A stretch of 63,876 nt of DNA, filler included, from an uncultured bacterium (GTDB lineage: Bacteria; Latescibacterota; UBA2968), in NCBI GenBank assembly GCA_964471275.1. It is 3 parts of 3 records of this genome, joined end to end, with 100 filler letters (N's around TTAATTAATTAA, not from the genome) between each part and the next. Parts side by side here need not be neighbours in the genome. Positions count along the whole stretch, not along the records: positions 23,774 to 47,370 come from CAYYGZ010000046.1; 2 more parts are not named here. One strand, given 5' to 3'. The notes under the pieces are model-generated. The model saw only the letters and a program-made list of their open reading frames with translations. It was not told the DNA's origin and searched no databases. Of this stretch, positions 30,809 to 41,515 are shown in pieces. How positions within the stretch are numbered: position 1 is the stretch's first letter; every line of letters starts with the position of its first letter. Position numbers and translations under genes: made by a program.

Positions 30809-33800
30809 ATGACAACACATAGATACATAACAGGGGTAGCGATTCTCCTTCTGATCGGAATGTCCGGTGACGTACTTGGTGCCAAACCCGGCAGGTCAAA
30901 CTTGCTGGTTCGTCACGCCACGGGGGAGACCCAGGTCGATGTACAGGTTGGTCAGGTCGTTCCGGTCCAGCTGTATGTCGAGGGGGAAGGCGAAAGGATC
31001 ACAGGTGTCAACGTATTCCTGACCTTTGAGGATGATGGTCTTGAGCTCATACCCGTTCGGATCGGGGGCGATGGCTTCCCGATTCCGTTCACAAAAGGCA
31101 GCTACATCAATGGAATAGACTTTGAGAATCGGACCATCGGGGACGTGATTGGCAACAGTGATGTGAACAATCTGCCAGGCTTTCAGCTGCATTACTTCGA
31201 GAATGTTAAATCTACACCTTTCGGTTCGGCGAATCCCGCGATCGGGAACGGTGTTCTGGCGACATTCAACCTGAGAGTCACCCGGAAACCCGTGCGCAGC
31301 GTCGTCAATATCCGGGTTGACGTTTTCAGCCCCACGGGCAGCGAGTCTGGATACTTCAAGGACGGCGATCCCGGCGCAACCTATTCGTTTAAGACGATTC
31401 AGACCCTGTCGATCAACATCCAGGGCATCGATTTATCGGTCAACCTTCCAGATCTCTACCTCCTGCCAGGCCAGGTCGACACCTCCATCGATCTCGATGA
31501 TGTCGTGAATGACCCCGTGGTACCCGATTCGTCACTTACATGGACCAACTCAACACCCGATCCCAACAACATCAACGTCAGTATCGACGCAACGACACAC
31601 GTCGTCACGGTCGATCCTCTCGCGTTTCTCGGTATCTCCGAGGTCACCTTCACCGTCGACGATGGGTTTGGCGGGATCGAATCCGACACGATTCGGGTGA
31701 TTGTCGATACCCCACCGGTGTTCGATGACGATGCCATCCCCGATGACGTCCAGTTCGATGAGGATACGGTCGATACAACGCTGGTTCTCGTGGCAACAGA
31801 TGCGGATGCAGGCGCCCTCCTGGCGTTCGGCCCTGATTCAACCACGGCCGCAAATGCGAATTTTACGATCGGAATCGACCAGACGACCGGGCGCACGACG
31901 CTTACGCCCGCCCAACACTACTATGGGTCGGATGTACTGACCTTCACGGTCGTCGATCAGTTCGATCTGGCCGATACCGTGTCGGTGAACATTGTAGTGA
32001 ACCCGATCAACGATCCTCCCGAGTTTCTCGAGAAGCCGTTGCCAAACCAGGATGTGGGTTTGCTCGGCCGGGCGGAACTGGACCTGACAACCCGAGTCAG
32101 GGATGTGGATGACGATTTTGAGACGCTTCAGTTTACGTTCGGCGGGGCCGACAGTATTGCCTTTGACGTCGTGGGTAACAACTCTACGCTGACCATCACC
32201 CCTGTGCGTCCATTCATGGGAGTGGAGACGGTGACCGTTGTCGTCACGGATACGTCAGAGGCAGCGGATGCCACGACACTGCGCGTGGAGGTTCTGCCTC
32301 CCGCAGACCCTCAGCCTCCTGAAGTGGGTCCTGAGTTCTTGAAGATCGATGTCATTGCGGGTGGTTCGGCCACCACAATCCAGCTGGATGATCTGGTCAG
32401 CGATCTGGATCACGCAGACAGCGACCTGGTCTGGGGTATCAGCCCCATTGCGCTCGTGTCAGTGGACGCGGCGAACCTCGCTTCTCGTGTCCTCACGGCC
32501 AGCGCCCCGACCGAATCCGTGGGCTACACGACTGCAACGCTGACCGTCACGGATCCAACAAACCTGCGCGACACACTTGCCGTTCGAATCTACTCATCAA
32601 GTATCGATACAGGCATTCCCGAATCAGGAGGTCTGCCGGACGTGGTCCTCGGAGCCGGAGTTACCCAGCAGCTTGTTCTGGATAATTACAATTTTGATTC
32701 GGATCACACCGCAGCAGCGGTCACCTGGACGGCTGAAGGGCAACAGACAGTCAACATCAGCATAGATACCAATACCAACATCGCTANNNNNNNNNNAACC
32801 AGATCGAGAACGTCACCTTTACCGTGAGCGATCCGGGATCACAAACCTCAACAGATGACATTCGCATTACGCTGGTTCCCGAAGGCGGCGTTGTGATCGA
32901 TCTCAGCACGATCGGCGGCGCTCGCGAGATCGGTATTGGCGTACCGGATACACTCGCTCTCGACCCTTTCCTTGTGGTTGGCACACCGGAGAATATTGAA
33001 TGGACGACCTCCTCGAGCGAACCCGTCCTGATCCTCGCTCAAATCCTGGATCGGACGAGTCTGCAACTGATCGGCTTTACGGAGGGAGAAGCCGATGTCG
33101 TCGTGACTGCCACCGACACATCGACATACAACAGTTCCAGTGGGACGATTCACGTAACCGTGAGCCGGTCGGTCAATCCGGGTGAGCTGGCGGTGTCGCA
33201 GATCGGCGCGTTGACACTTCAAGCGAACCGGGACATGACGATCGATCTATCCGCTCTCGTCACTTCCGGAAACGCTCAAGCAGTGAACTGGACGGCCAGC
33301 GGGAACGACGATGTCGGTGTCGTTATCGACGATGTCAACAAGCTCGCTATTCTCCGTCCTACGCTCGGATTCGTGGGCGATGCCGCCCCGATCGTGTTTC
33401 TGGCGACGTCGAGCGGATCTGATGTCTCCGTCCCCAGCACGGCCGGACCAATTACCGTGCTTGGCAACGCCGGGAGTACGCGGGGATTGCTGGAGATCTC
33501 ATTTATCGTCAACCCGATCCGAAAGAACTTTCTCGATGCGTTCGTGATTTCGAGACGAGAACTCCTGAGTCCCCCGATCGTCGAGGTGCAATTCGGGATC
33601 GGGGGGGGGGCGACGACGCGTGTGCTCCAGATTAGCCCTGTCGAGGTTTCTCGGATCTGGGTAGGAGATTTCGTGATCGATGATGAGACAACGGGCACGG
33701 TCCGCATCTCGGCGACAGGGATTACATCAGAAACACGGATCGCGTTGACCGACACAGCCGTCATCGAGATCGGCGAAGCCGGCATCACGTCCGAGTTTCA

Positions 33801-34425
33801 GATTGCGCACGCTGGTGCCGAGGTGTCCCTGCCACTGGGTAGTGTCGACCAACACACAAAGGTTGCTCTTTTCCAGGCTGCAGCTGGCCCGGGAGAGGGG
33901 CAGGGGCTCCGGTCTGTCTCTGACCTGTATGTTGTCCACGCAGCTTCCGGTGAGGTGGTTGCTCCCGGGCAGATATCTTTGGGCATAAATGAAGCTCCGG
34001 ATGACCGAATGGGTATCTACAGAAAGCACAGGGACGGGCAATGGATCTACATCGGAACACGGATCGAGAACGATCGTCTTGTCGGAACCTTCAGCGCTTT
34101 CGGCATCTATGGCGCCTTTGTGGACGAGCTCGGTCTGACACGTATCCGGCAGATGGTACTTCATCCGAACTTTCCAAATCCGTTCAATCCACAGACTCAG
34201 ATCCGATTCGATATCGCCGAATCCGGCACATATGAGCTCACGGTCTACAACATTCTTGGTCAGCAGGTCAGGGGTCTGATCAAAGACGCACTCTCTCCCG
34301 GCGTATACCGAGTCGCGTGGGATGCACGAGACGATTTCGGCCAGCCCGTCGGTGCTGGTGTCTATCTGTATCGTCTGGTATCCCGCTCCAATGCCTTGAC
34401 CCAGAAGATGCTGTTGCTCAAATAG
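30809..34425 (+). CDS. Secreted protein with an N-terminal cohesin-like domain, cadherin/Ig-like repeats and a C-terminal FlgD-Ig sorting domain (split by a 10-N gap)
   Basis: Signal peptide; GNGVLATFNLRV; repeated V.D/PINDPP Ig motifs; LHPNFPNPFNP...QKMLLLK; ORFs 30809-32827 and 32824-34425 abut the gap at 32787-32796. Confidence 0.82.
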
Positions 34426-34433
34426 GGAATGCC

Positions 34434-35102
34434 ATGGAACGACACACGCACATTCAGTTGGTTGTGATCCTCCTGCTCACCGCCCTTCCAAGCTGCGGAG
34501 GTGGAACAGGTATCGGAGGAACACACGGTTCTGTCAAGACACTAACGTTTGAGGGCTGGGAGGTATACCGCAATGCTTCCATCTCGGGCGATTTCACCCA
34601 GGCGGAAGCGCTGTTCGGAAATGCACTTTCACTTGACCCTGGCTATTCTGAGGCGCATAACGGTCTCGGTTGGATCAACCTTCAGCGTGCAGGTCAGGAG
34701 CAGGATTCCGAAGAGCAGGCACGGCTTCTGCTGAATGCGGAGACCAATTTCCAGAGGGCGACGAATGCCGATCTGGAGAATGCCGACGCGTGGGCAGGTC
34801 TGGCGGGAGTTGAACTGGCCCTGAACAATTATGAGAGCGCGATCAACGCTGCGAACCAGACCATTCAGATCGACCCGTGGTACTTCTCGACTCACGACAA
34901 CGTGGATTATCGGGATCTCCATCTTGTCCTGGCCGAGTCCTACCTAGCAACGGGAGTCGTGTCCTCGGAAGATGTCAACGACAACGCGAATGCACTTGCA
35001 CAGGTCAATCTGCTCGACCCGGGGTATCGAGAGTTCTACGTCGACAACAATCTGGAAGAGGGTGACCTTCTGCTGAAACTCGAGGAGCTTCAGGGATCAT
35101 GA
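34434..35102 (+). CDS. TPR-containing lipoprotein
   Basis: Lipobox-like LPSC after a hydrophobic stretch; TPR patterns ALSLDPGYSEAHNGLG and ADAWAGLA. Confidence 0.8.
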   Translation: MERHTHIQLVVILLLTALPSCGGGTGIGGTHGSVKTLTFEGWEVYRNASISGDFTQAEALFGNALSLDPGYSEAHNGLGWINLQRAGQEQDSEEQARLLLNAETNFQRATNADLENADAWAGLAGVELALNNYESAINAANQTIQIDPWYFSTHDNVDYRDLHLVLAESYLATGVVSSEDVNDNANALAQVNLLDPGYREFYVDNNLEEGDLLLKLEELQGS

Positions 35103-36496
35103 AAATGAAACGTCTACTCCTGGCGGCTGTAGTGACGATGGCCTGGCCGACTTCGGGCGAAGCGCAGAGTGTCCTGTCGGAGCAGGTACCACCACCATTT
35201 CCACTTCCCGCAGGTGAAGGGCTGTTCCGCCTCGCTTCTGCAGAGCCCCTTGGCCGCGGAGGTATCCAGGTTCGGATGCTCAACGAGGCCTACCAGATCC
35301 GGGTTGATGAAGTCGGTGAGGGAACGGCGGTTACCGGACACCTGGCAGCAGCGCTTGGCCTTGCGAATACGCTGGACTTTGCCGTGTCGATGCCCGTGAT
35401 GTTCGATATAGCTGGAGGTTTGACAAAGTATGGTACAGGTGACGTTACGACCTCCCTCAAGCTGGGTTTTCCGGGTCGCTTCCCGTCTGCATTCTACGGC
35501 GGCATCGAGGTTTCGGCGACACACCCGGTCGGGTTCAAAGGTGACCGACCTCTCGAGGTTAGGCCGTTCTCTCGTGGTGATCGTGAGATCGCGAGTCGCT
35601 TTCTCCTCGATGTCAATCGCGAGGCGATCGGTATCCGGATCAACACAGGCTATCTTTTCCAGTCCGGTATCCGCCAGAGTGGTCTGATCCTGGGAGGCGG
35701 TGTCGAGGTCGGTCGTGGTCAGATCTTTACAGTGACCGCAGAGTATTTGTCTGAGCCCAATGCGCTGGGCTCGCGTACGGAGCGGGCAGTGTTTGGAGCG
35801 CGTATCAACCTTTGGTGGCTGCAGCTGGAAGCCGGAGTTGAACAGGGATTCAGCCGAGATCTTCCCGATTTTTCAGGGATGGTCGGTGTCCGGTTCGCGA
35901 CCAGCTTTGGCAGCAAGCTACGTAAGGTCTTTGGGAATCGCACACGACGTGTCCCTGTCGAGAAGGATCTGAGTACGGCGATTCGTGTAGCGGTCGTGAA
36001 CCTACAGGGCTTTGAGCAACACCGGGCCGGCGAGTCCATGGCGAGGCAGATCAAGACGGCTCTGACCAGGCACGGGCACGTCCGGCTGATTGATGTGGGA
36101 GAGGGTACTGCGTTCCTCGATTCGGACGGTGCTGTAAGGTTGGCAGAACAGGCCCAGGTGGATATCATTATCACCGGTCGGGTTCTACAGTATGAGCTTA
36201 CCCGAAACTCGAGACCCAACCTTCCGCTCGTGGTAGGTTTTCCGGAGACGGCCGCAAAGGTGAATGCCGATGTCCGAATTGTCGATGCCAGGGAAAACGG
36301 CGATCTGTTTTTGACAAACCTGAGTGGCGTCGGCCGGAAGAGTCGTGGCGTTCGGATGTTTCCGGTCGCAGGGGATGACAGGACAAGCTATCTGACCGAG
36401 GTTGAGAAGAACAAGGTGTGGGACGATGCGATCAACCAGGTCGTCCATAATCTGTTGAGACAGATGTCGGAGAATTTTAAATGGTTCCCGGGATAG
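35099..36496 (+). CDS. Secreted protein: putative outer-membrane beta-barrel plus a C-terminal CsgG/TolB-N-like alpha/beta domain
   Basis: Signal peptide; alternating beta-strands ending GMVGVRF; then RVAVVNLQG...VDIIITGRV...ADVRIVD. Confidence 0.6.
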   Translation: MKMKRLLLAAVVTMAWPTSGEAQSVLSEQVPPPFPLPAGEGLFRLASAEPLGRGGIQVRMLNEAYQIRVDEVGEGTAVTGHLAAALGLANTLDFAVSMPVMFDIAGGLTKYGTGDVTTSLKLGFPGRFPSAFYGGIEVSATHPVGFKGDRPLEVRPFSRGDREIASRFLLDVNREAIGIRINTGYLFQSGIRQSGLILGGGVEVGRGQIFTVTAEYLSEPNALGSRTERAVFGARINLWWLQLEAGVEQGFSRDLPDFSGMVGVRFATSFGSKLRKVFGNRTRRVPVEKDLSTAIRVAVVNLQGFEQHRAGESMARQIKTALTRHGHVRLIDVGEGTAFLDSDGAVRLAEQAQVDIIITGRVLQYELTRNSRPNLPLVVGFPETAAKVNADVRIVDARENGDLFLTNLSGVGRKSRGVRMFPVAGDDRTSYLTEVEKNKVWDDAINQVVHNLLRQMSENFKWFPG

Positions 36497-36497
36497 A

Positions 36498-38633
36498 ATG
36501 AACACATATCTCAAAGACAACTGGGGGACGCTGGTCGGGATTCTATCCGTGGCCATCGTCCCTCTTGCCTTTCTGGATCGCGTCGAAAGGTTTACGCTCC
36601 TTCCTCAGTTGGGGCTCGCCCTAGTCGGGGTCCTGACTGGATTTATCTGCTGGCTCTGGTTCGGCCCCCGCAGAGGCAACGCGAACATCCTTCTGGCTGC
36701 CTGCGGTTTCCTCGGGGTCGAGATTCTCTCCGTGTTCTTTGCGCACAGCCCATCGCTGAGCCTGGTGCCGGTTATGACGGATTTTGTCTATATCGGCGTC
36801 CTGTTCCTCGTTGTCGTTGGTTTTGCGCGCGCCGATATCGAGAAGACGCTCACTCTCTCCGCTATCGTGTCGGGTCTGGTGTCTGTAATCGGTCTTCTTC
36901 AGTATTTCGATATCGGTCGGAACTGGATCCCTACATCGGGACTTCCTAGCTCTACCTTGGGCCACCGGAACATCGCCGCAGCATACGCGGCGACAACATT
37001 CCCCTACATCGTGCTGCGTCTTTGGGAGGCAGAGCGGCGTGTCGTCTTCCTATTCTGGGGCGCGTGCAGTTCTGTGTGTCTTGCGTTTCTTGCTGCTACG
37101 CGATCGAGGGGTGCCTGGTTGGCACTGCTAATTGCAGCAGGGGTGACCGTTCTACTCTGGTACCGGTCCCGATCGACAACCAAAGTTGTGGGTTACGATT
37201 TCTTCCGGACCGCCGCACTGTTCGCGGGAGGGGCATTTGTCCTTTCTGTCGCGCTCATCCCTGCACAGATCGAGCGAGACCAGGGCGAGGCCATGTGGCA
37301 CGAGAAGACCTCGGTCGGGCAGGCTGTTCTTTCAATCGCCAACGAGGGTGGGGATAAAGGGAGGTTGGTCCTGTGGGACACAACGCTGAAGATGATCCAA
37401 AATTGGCCGATTATAGGAGTAGGGCCCGGGAACTGGCGTATCCAGTATCCTGTCCACGCCAATGGGCAAATGATCGATGCCCAGGCTGTGCCGCACCGCC
37501 CGCATAATGATTTTCTGGCGATATGGGCAGAGAGCGGCACCGCGGCAATCGTACTCTTTGCTGCGTTGCTTTTTTACAGCTGTAGAAGTGCCGCTCGATC
37601 CATCCTGGGCGAAGACCGCAGGCTGGTCCTTGCCGCTTCGGCAAGCGTAGCGAGCTGCATCGCAAACGGGTTGTTCGGCTTTCCGAAGGAATTTGTCGCT
37701 GTTTCCGCGCCGCTCTGGTTTGGCCTGGGTGTGTTGACCGTCCTCGATCGAGAACAGACGACCCAGGCACGCTCGTCCAGACGTAGTATCCCTGTTTTGG
37801 GTTCTCTCGTGTCGTGTGCGGGAATCGTGTTGGTCGGGCTGCTGATACGCTACGACTCCGGTCTTGTCCGTGCCAGACTGGCTGATGCGGACGCTGATTG
37901 GCTCACCGTCCTGAGTGCTACAGAGAATCACGACTCGGTCTTTTGGAGCGACGATCAGGGATTTCTTCTCAGGGCCCGGGCCTACGAAGGTCTGGGACGC
38001 TACGAAGAGTCGGTCGAGGCTTACCGGAAGGGACTGGCGATTCATCCGAATGCAACAGAGCTATGGCTTGGTCTCGGTGTCTGTCAGAACCGGCTCGGTC
38101 GGCTCGATCTGGCGCAAGAGAGCTTCGAGACTGCGCTGCATTTTGACCCCCAGGACGGTCGAGTTCTGAGCAACCTGGGTTCTCTCTGCGCCTCGCAAGG
38201 AAGGGACAAGGAGGCGCTCAGGTATTTTGAGCGGTCGATTGCTGGTGAATCGATACCGACCGAAGTCTACGGAAACTTGAGCGTCGCCTACCGACGGGAG
38301 GGTTTGCTTAACAGAGCTGTCGAGACCGCCAGACACGGTTATGCACTCGACCCGAGCTGGACGTATGCCAACGCTCTGGGAAACGCGCTCGCTGCCGCGG
38401 GTGAACACACCGAGGCCGTGTCGACATACCGGCAGGGCCTTGACGCGACTCCCGATCAGCTCCCGCTCTGGTACAACCTGGCTCGCTCCTATGAGGCCCT
38501 GAATTTGCCGGGCGAAGCAATTCGCGCATATGTCGAAGTCTTGCGGCGACTCGAGGACGGTCACAACGAAAGGCGTGCGTACATTCAAGATCGAATCAGA
38601 CGGCTCGAGAAGGGATCTGGTTCGTGGCAATGA
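36498..38633 (+). CDS. O-antigen ligase/O-oligosaccharyltransferase-family membrane protein with C-terminal TPRs
   Basis: STLGHRN, TRSRGAW, GVGPGNW and PHNDFL motifs, many transmembrane segments and a TPR tail. Confidence 0.88.
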   Translation: MNTYLKDNWGTLVGILSVAIVPLAFLDRVERFTLLPQLGLALVGVLTGFICWLWFGPRRGNANILLAACGFLGVEILSVFFAHSPSLSLVPVMTDFVYIGVLFLVVVGFARADIEKTLTLSAIVSGLVSVIGLLQYFDIGRNWIPTSGLPSSTLGHRNIAAAYAATTFPYIVLRLWEAERRVVFLFWGACSSVCLAFLAATRSRGAWLALLIAAGVTVLLWYRSRSTTKVVGYDFFRTAALFAGGAFVLSVALIPAQIERDQGEAMWHEKTSVGQAVLSIANEGGDKGRLVLWDTTLKMIQNWPIIGVGPGNWRIQYPVHANGQMIDAQAVPHRPHNDFLAIWAESGTAAIVLFAALLFYSCRSAARSILGEDRRLVLAASASVASCIANGLFGFPKEFVAVSAPLWFGLGVLTVLDREQTTQARSSRRSIPVLGSLVSCAGIVLVGLLIRYDSGLVRARLADADADWLTVLSATENHDSVFWSDDQGFLLRARAYEGLGRYEESVEAYRKGLAIHPNATELWLGLGVCQNRLGRLDLAQESFETALHFDPQDGRVLSNLGSLCASQGRDKEALRYFERSIAGESIPTEVYGNLSVAYRREGLLNRAVETARHGYALDPSWTYANALGNALAAAGEHTEAVSTYRQGLDATPDQLPLWYNLARSYEALNLPGEAIRAYVEVLRRLEDGHNERRAYIQDRIRRLEKGSGSWQ

Positions 38634-38651
38634 TATTGACGCTCAAGACAA

Positions 38652-39536
38652 ATGATGACTATATTCCGAAAACGTGGATTGGCGGTTGGAAGATCGCTCC
38701 TTATTGCAGCTGTAGGGCTCCTGGTCGGGTGCGAGGTGAAACCCTTCGATGTGGTTGCCCCGGACTTCGAGGAGCGTGAGGGGAGTGCCGTTGTATCCGC
38801 CATCGTGCCGAACTTCTCGAGAGGTCTGATCCAGCGGGTTGAGCTGAAGATCACGACGGCCGACACATCGCGTCTACGGACGGTTACGCGGAACATGAAC
38901 TTCCCGATTCCGGGAGGCCGTCTTTCTGTCGCACAGGTGTCAGAGATTCCAATTGGCGTCAGGCGGTTTACGGTACGCGCCTTCGACACGACAGGAGAAC
39001 TTCGATTCAGGGGGCACACAGACTCTGCAATCGTGATCAATCAGACGTCCTTGGTTACGGTCGGTGTTGACCGGGTCGGGGGCATAGCTGATTTCATCCC
39101 CACGATCGACCTGGCGAACCTCGAGGGCAGCAACTTCGATTCGATCGCCGTGGTCGGATTGGCCGCCACATCCGTTCTAGATGTGCTTGAGATCGTTCCG
39201 AGCCCCATGCACCCAAGTCTGGGGATGCTCCCCATCTTCTCTGTCCGGCTTGGCGATCGATTCAACCAGGATCTGAACGGCGTGTTGAGACGTGTTGTGA
39301 CCGTCCAGCAGATACCGATCGGCACGAGACAGTTTGTGGCTCACCTGAAGGATCTGGCGAGCAACCAGACAACAGCGTTTGCCGATACCGTGACGGTCCA
39401 TGTCGATACCGTCAGTACCGTGAACGCGGTGTTTAACCTGTTGCCGGTAGAAGACGCATCGGTTGTGCACGCTATTTTCACACAAGAAACACTTCCTCGT
39501 GATAGCTCGGTCGTTGTAGTAACCCCCGTCTTCTGA
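38652..39536 (+). CDS. Lipoprotein of unknown function
   Basis: Lipobox LVGC; internal repeat IPIGVRRF / IPIGTRQF. Confidence 0.78.
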   Translation: MMTIFRKRGLAVGRSLLIAAVGLLVGCEVKPFDVVAPDFEEREGSAVVSAIVPNFSRGLIQRVELKITTADTSRLRTVTRNMNFPIPGGRLSVAQVSEIPIGVRRFTVRAFDTTGELRFRGHTDSAIVINQTSLVTVGVDRVGGIADFIPTIDLANLEGSNFDSIAVVGLAATSVLDVLEIVPSPMHPSLGMLPIFSVRLGDRFNQDLNGVLRRVVTVQQIPIGTRQFVAHLKDLASNQTTAFADTVTVHVDTVSTVNAVFNLLPVEDASVVHAIFTQETLPRDSSVVVVTPVF

Positions 39537-39579
39537 CCGACTCCTCACCGTCTCGTCTCCCCGAGTCAAGGAGGCCGCT

Positions 39580-40092
39580 TTGGCCGAGAATCAGAGCCCG
39601 GGGGGGCAGTCTCGCTACAATCAGTTTTCACTGGATTTCAGCTCCAAGCCGGAGATCACGCAGTCTGATCCCGTCAGCGTGAGGTGTACGCAATGCGGGA
39701 AGAGGACCTCGGTGCCGCGCTGGTTCGAGAAGGAGGGGCTAGAACTCCACTTCTGTGACGATCGGTGTCAGCGGCGTTGGCGTGAAGACCACCGATCTGA
39801 TGTACAGTTGAAGGGAAGACCGACGTATCGGGGTGGGAATTGGTCGACCGTCGCCCGCACGATCCGGGAACGAGATGGGTATCGCTGTCGCACTTGCGGG
39901 ACGAGTGAAGAGTCACTTGGCCGGCAACTGGACGTCCATCACGTCGTTCCCTTTCGAGCGTTCGAGTCGGCTGAGCGAGCCAACCATCCGGACAACCTGG
40001 TCTCGGTGTGTCCATCGTGCCACAAGCGCACGGAGGATGAGGGGCACGAGAACCTTCCGTTGTTCGGGAAAGGGGAGGCGCTCTGGCGATAG
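39580..40092 (+). CDS. HNH endonuclease with an N-terminal zinc finger
   Basis: GGAGG RBS; CTQC...FCDDRC; RERDGYRCRTCG...LDVHHVVP...NLVSVCPSCH. Confidence 0.88.
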   Translation: MAENQSPGGQSRYNQFSLDFSSKPEITQSDPVSVRCTQCGKRTSVPRWFEKEGLELHFCDDRCQRRWREDHRSDVQLKGRPTYRGGNWSTVARTIRERDGYRCRTCGTSEESLGRQLDVHHVVPFRAFESAERANHPDNLVSVCPSCHKRTEDEGHENLPLFGKGEALWR

Positions 40093-40110
40093 GGCGCACT
40101 GGGGACCTAA

Positions 40111-41508
40111 TTGCAGCGATCCAACAGAAAAGCGGTTCTGAAATCAGCTCTGGCACTTGGTGGTTTTGCAGGCGTGTGTGGCGCATTCATGGTCGCATAC
40201 TGGCTTCGTTACCACCTGCCGTTCCTTCCGCCTCCGCCGCCTGGCGATTTCTGGCTGTACCTCCGATTCGGGCTCTTCATCGCCTTCGCGACGTTCATCA
40301 TGCTCTTCAACTCCGGTCTATACCGGTTGGAGCAGCCATTCTTTGGTGTGGACGACTTCTTTGCGATTATCAAGGCGATCACGCTCTCGCACCTCGTTTC
40401 TGCCGCGGTAGGGTTCGCCATCCGAGGACGAATCCCCGGAGACCCACTCGAGACCTACTCCAGAATCGTGCTCGCACAATCGTGGCTTATTTCCATCGTC
40501 GTCCTGACGGCCTGGCACGTCGTGTTTGACATCGTCCTCGGCGCCTTCCGTCGTAGAGGAGCAGGTCTGACCCACGTGCTTATCGTGGGGGGCGATGACT
40601 TTGGCCGATCGTTTCACGAACTTCTGTCTCAGAATCCCGAACTCGGATACGCTTCTGAGGGGGTCGTGAGTGAGGATCAGATCGAGATACTGAGTGACCG
40701 GCTGGAGCGGGCAGAAGTCGATGAAGTGATGCTGGCATCACGTGAAATGGGTTCTCAGGAGATCATGTCGGTCATGGCCACGTGTCAGGAGCGTTCTGTC
40801 AGGTTCAGTATGGTGCCGAACCTGTTCAACGTTCTGACAAGTCGGATCCAGGTTCGAGAGATCGCGGGTGTACCGATCTTCGTACTCGATGAACGAATCT
40901 TCCTGAGATCCAGTAGAATTCTCAAGCGTTCAATCGACCTGACCCTCGGACTTTTCGCGTTGTTCCTCGTGTCTCCTCTGATTGCTCTGGTTTCGGTCTT
41001 GATCAAGCTCGATTCTCGCGGTCCTGTTGTCTGGGCCCAGAAGCGAATCGGAAAGGGGGCGCATCCGTTCACGGTCTATAAGTTCCGGTCGATGCGAGAG
41101 GATGCGGAAGCCATGAAAGAGCAGCTTGCCGATCAGAACGAATCACAGGGCGCCCTGTTCAAGATCAAGGAAGATCCTCGGATCACACGTGTAGGACGCG
41201 TAATTCGCAAGCTCAGCATTGATGAACTCCCTCAGCTGATCAACGTCTTCAGGGGTGAGATGAGCCTTGTGGGACCCCGTCCCCCTCTGCCATCGGAAGT
41301 TGACCAGTACGAGTCGTGGCAGCGGAAGCGGTTCGAGGTCCTCCCGGGCATCACGGGGCTCGCCCAGATCAGCGGACGCAGCGACCTCTCCTTTGATGAA
41401 ACACTCCGGTTTGACTTCTTCTACATCGAAAACTGGTCACCATTGATGGATATCAAGATCATGCTCAAGACGTTGCCAGGCGTTATCCTGGGTCGCGGAG
41501 CCTACTAG
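40111..41508 (+). CDS. Polyprenyl-phosphate glycosylphosphotransferase (WcaJ/WbaP-type priming sugar transferase)
   Basis: KRSID, YKFRSM, DPRITRVG, IDELPQL, GEMSLVGPRP and PGITGLAQ motifs. Confidence 0.95.
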   Translation: MQRSNRKAVLKSALALGGFAGVCGAFMVAYWLRYHLPFLPPPPPGDFWLYLRFGLFIAFATFIMLFNSGLYRLEQPFFGVDDFFAIIKAITLSHLVSAAVGFAIRGRIPGDPLETYSRIVLAQSWLISIVVLTAWHVVFDIVLGAFRRRGAGLTHVLIVGGDDFGRSFHELLSQNPELGYASEGVVSEDQIEILSDRLERAEVDEVMLASREMGSQEIMSVMATCQERSVRFSMVPNLFNVLTSRIQVREIAGVPIFVLDERIFLRSSRILKRSIDLTLGLFALFLVSPLIALVSVLIKLDSRGPVVWAQKRIGKGAHPFTVYKFRSMREDAEAMKEQLADQNESQGALFKIKEDPRITRVGRVIRKLSIDELPQLINVFRGEMSLVGPRPPLPSEVDQYESWQRKRFEVLPGITGLAQISGRSDLSFDETLRFDFFYIENWSPLMDIKIMLKTLPGVILGRGAY

Positions 41509-41515
41509 ACCTGCG

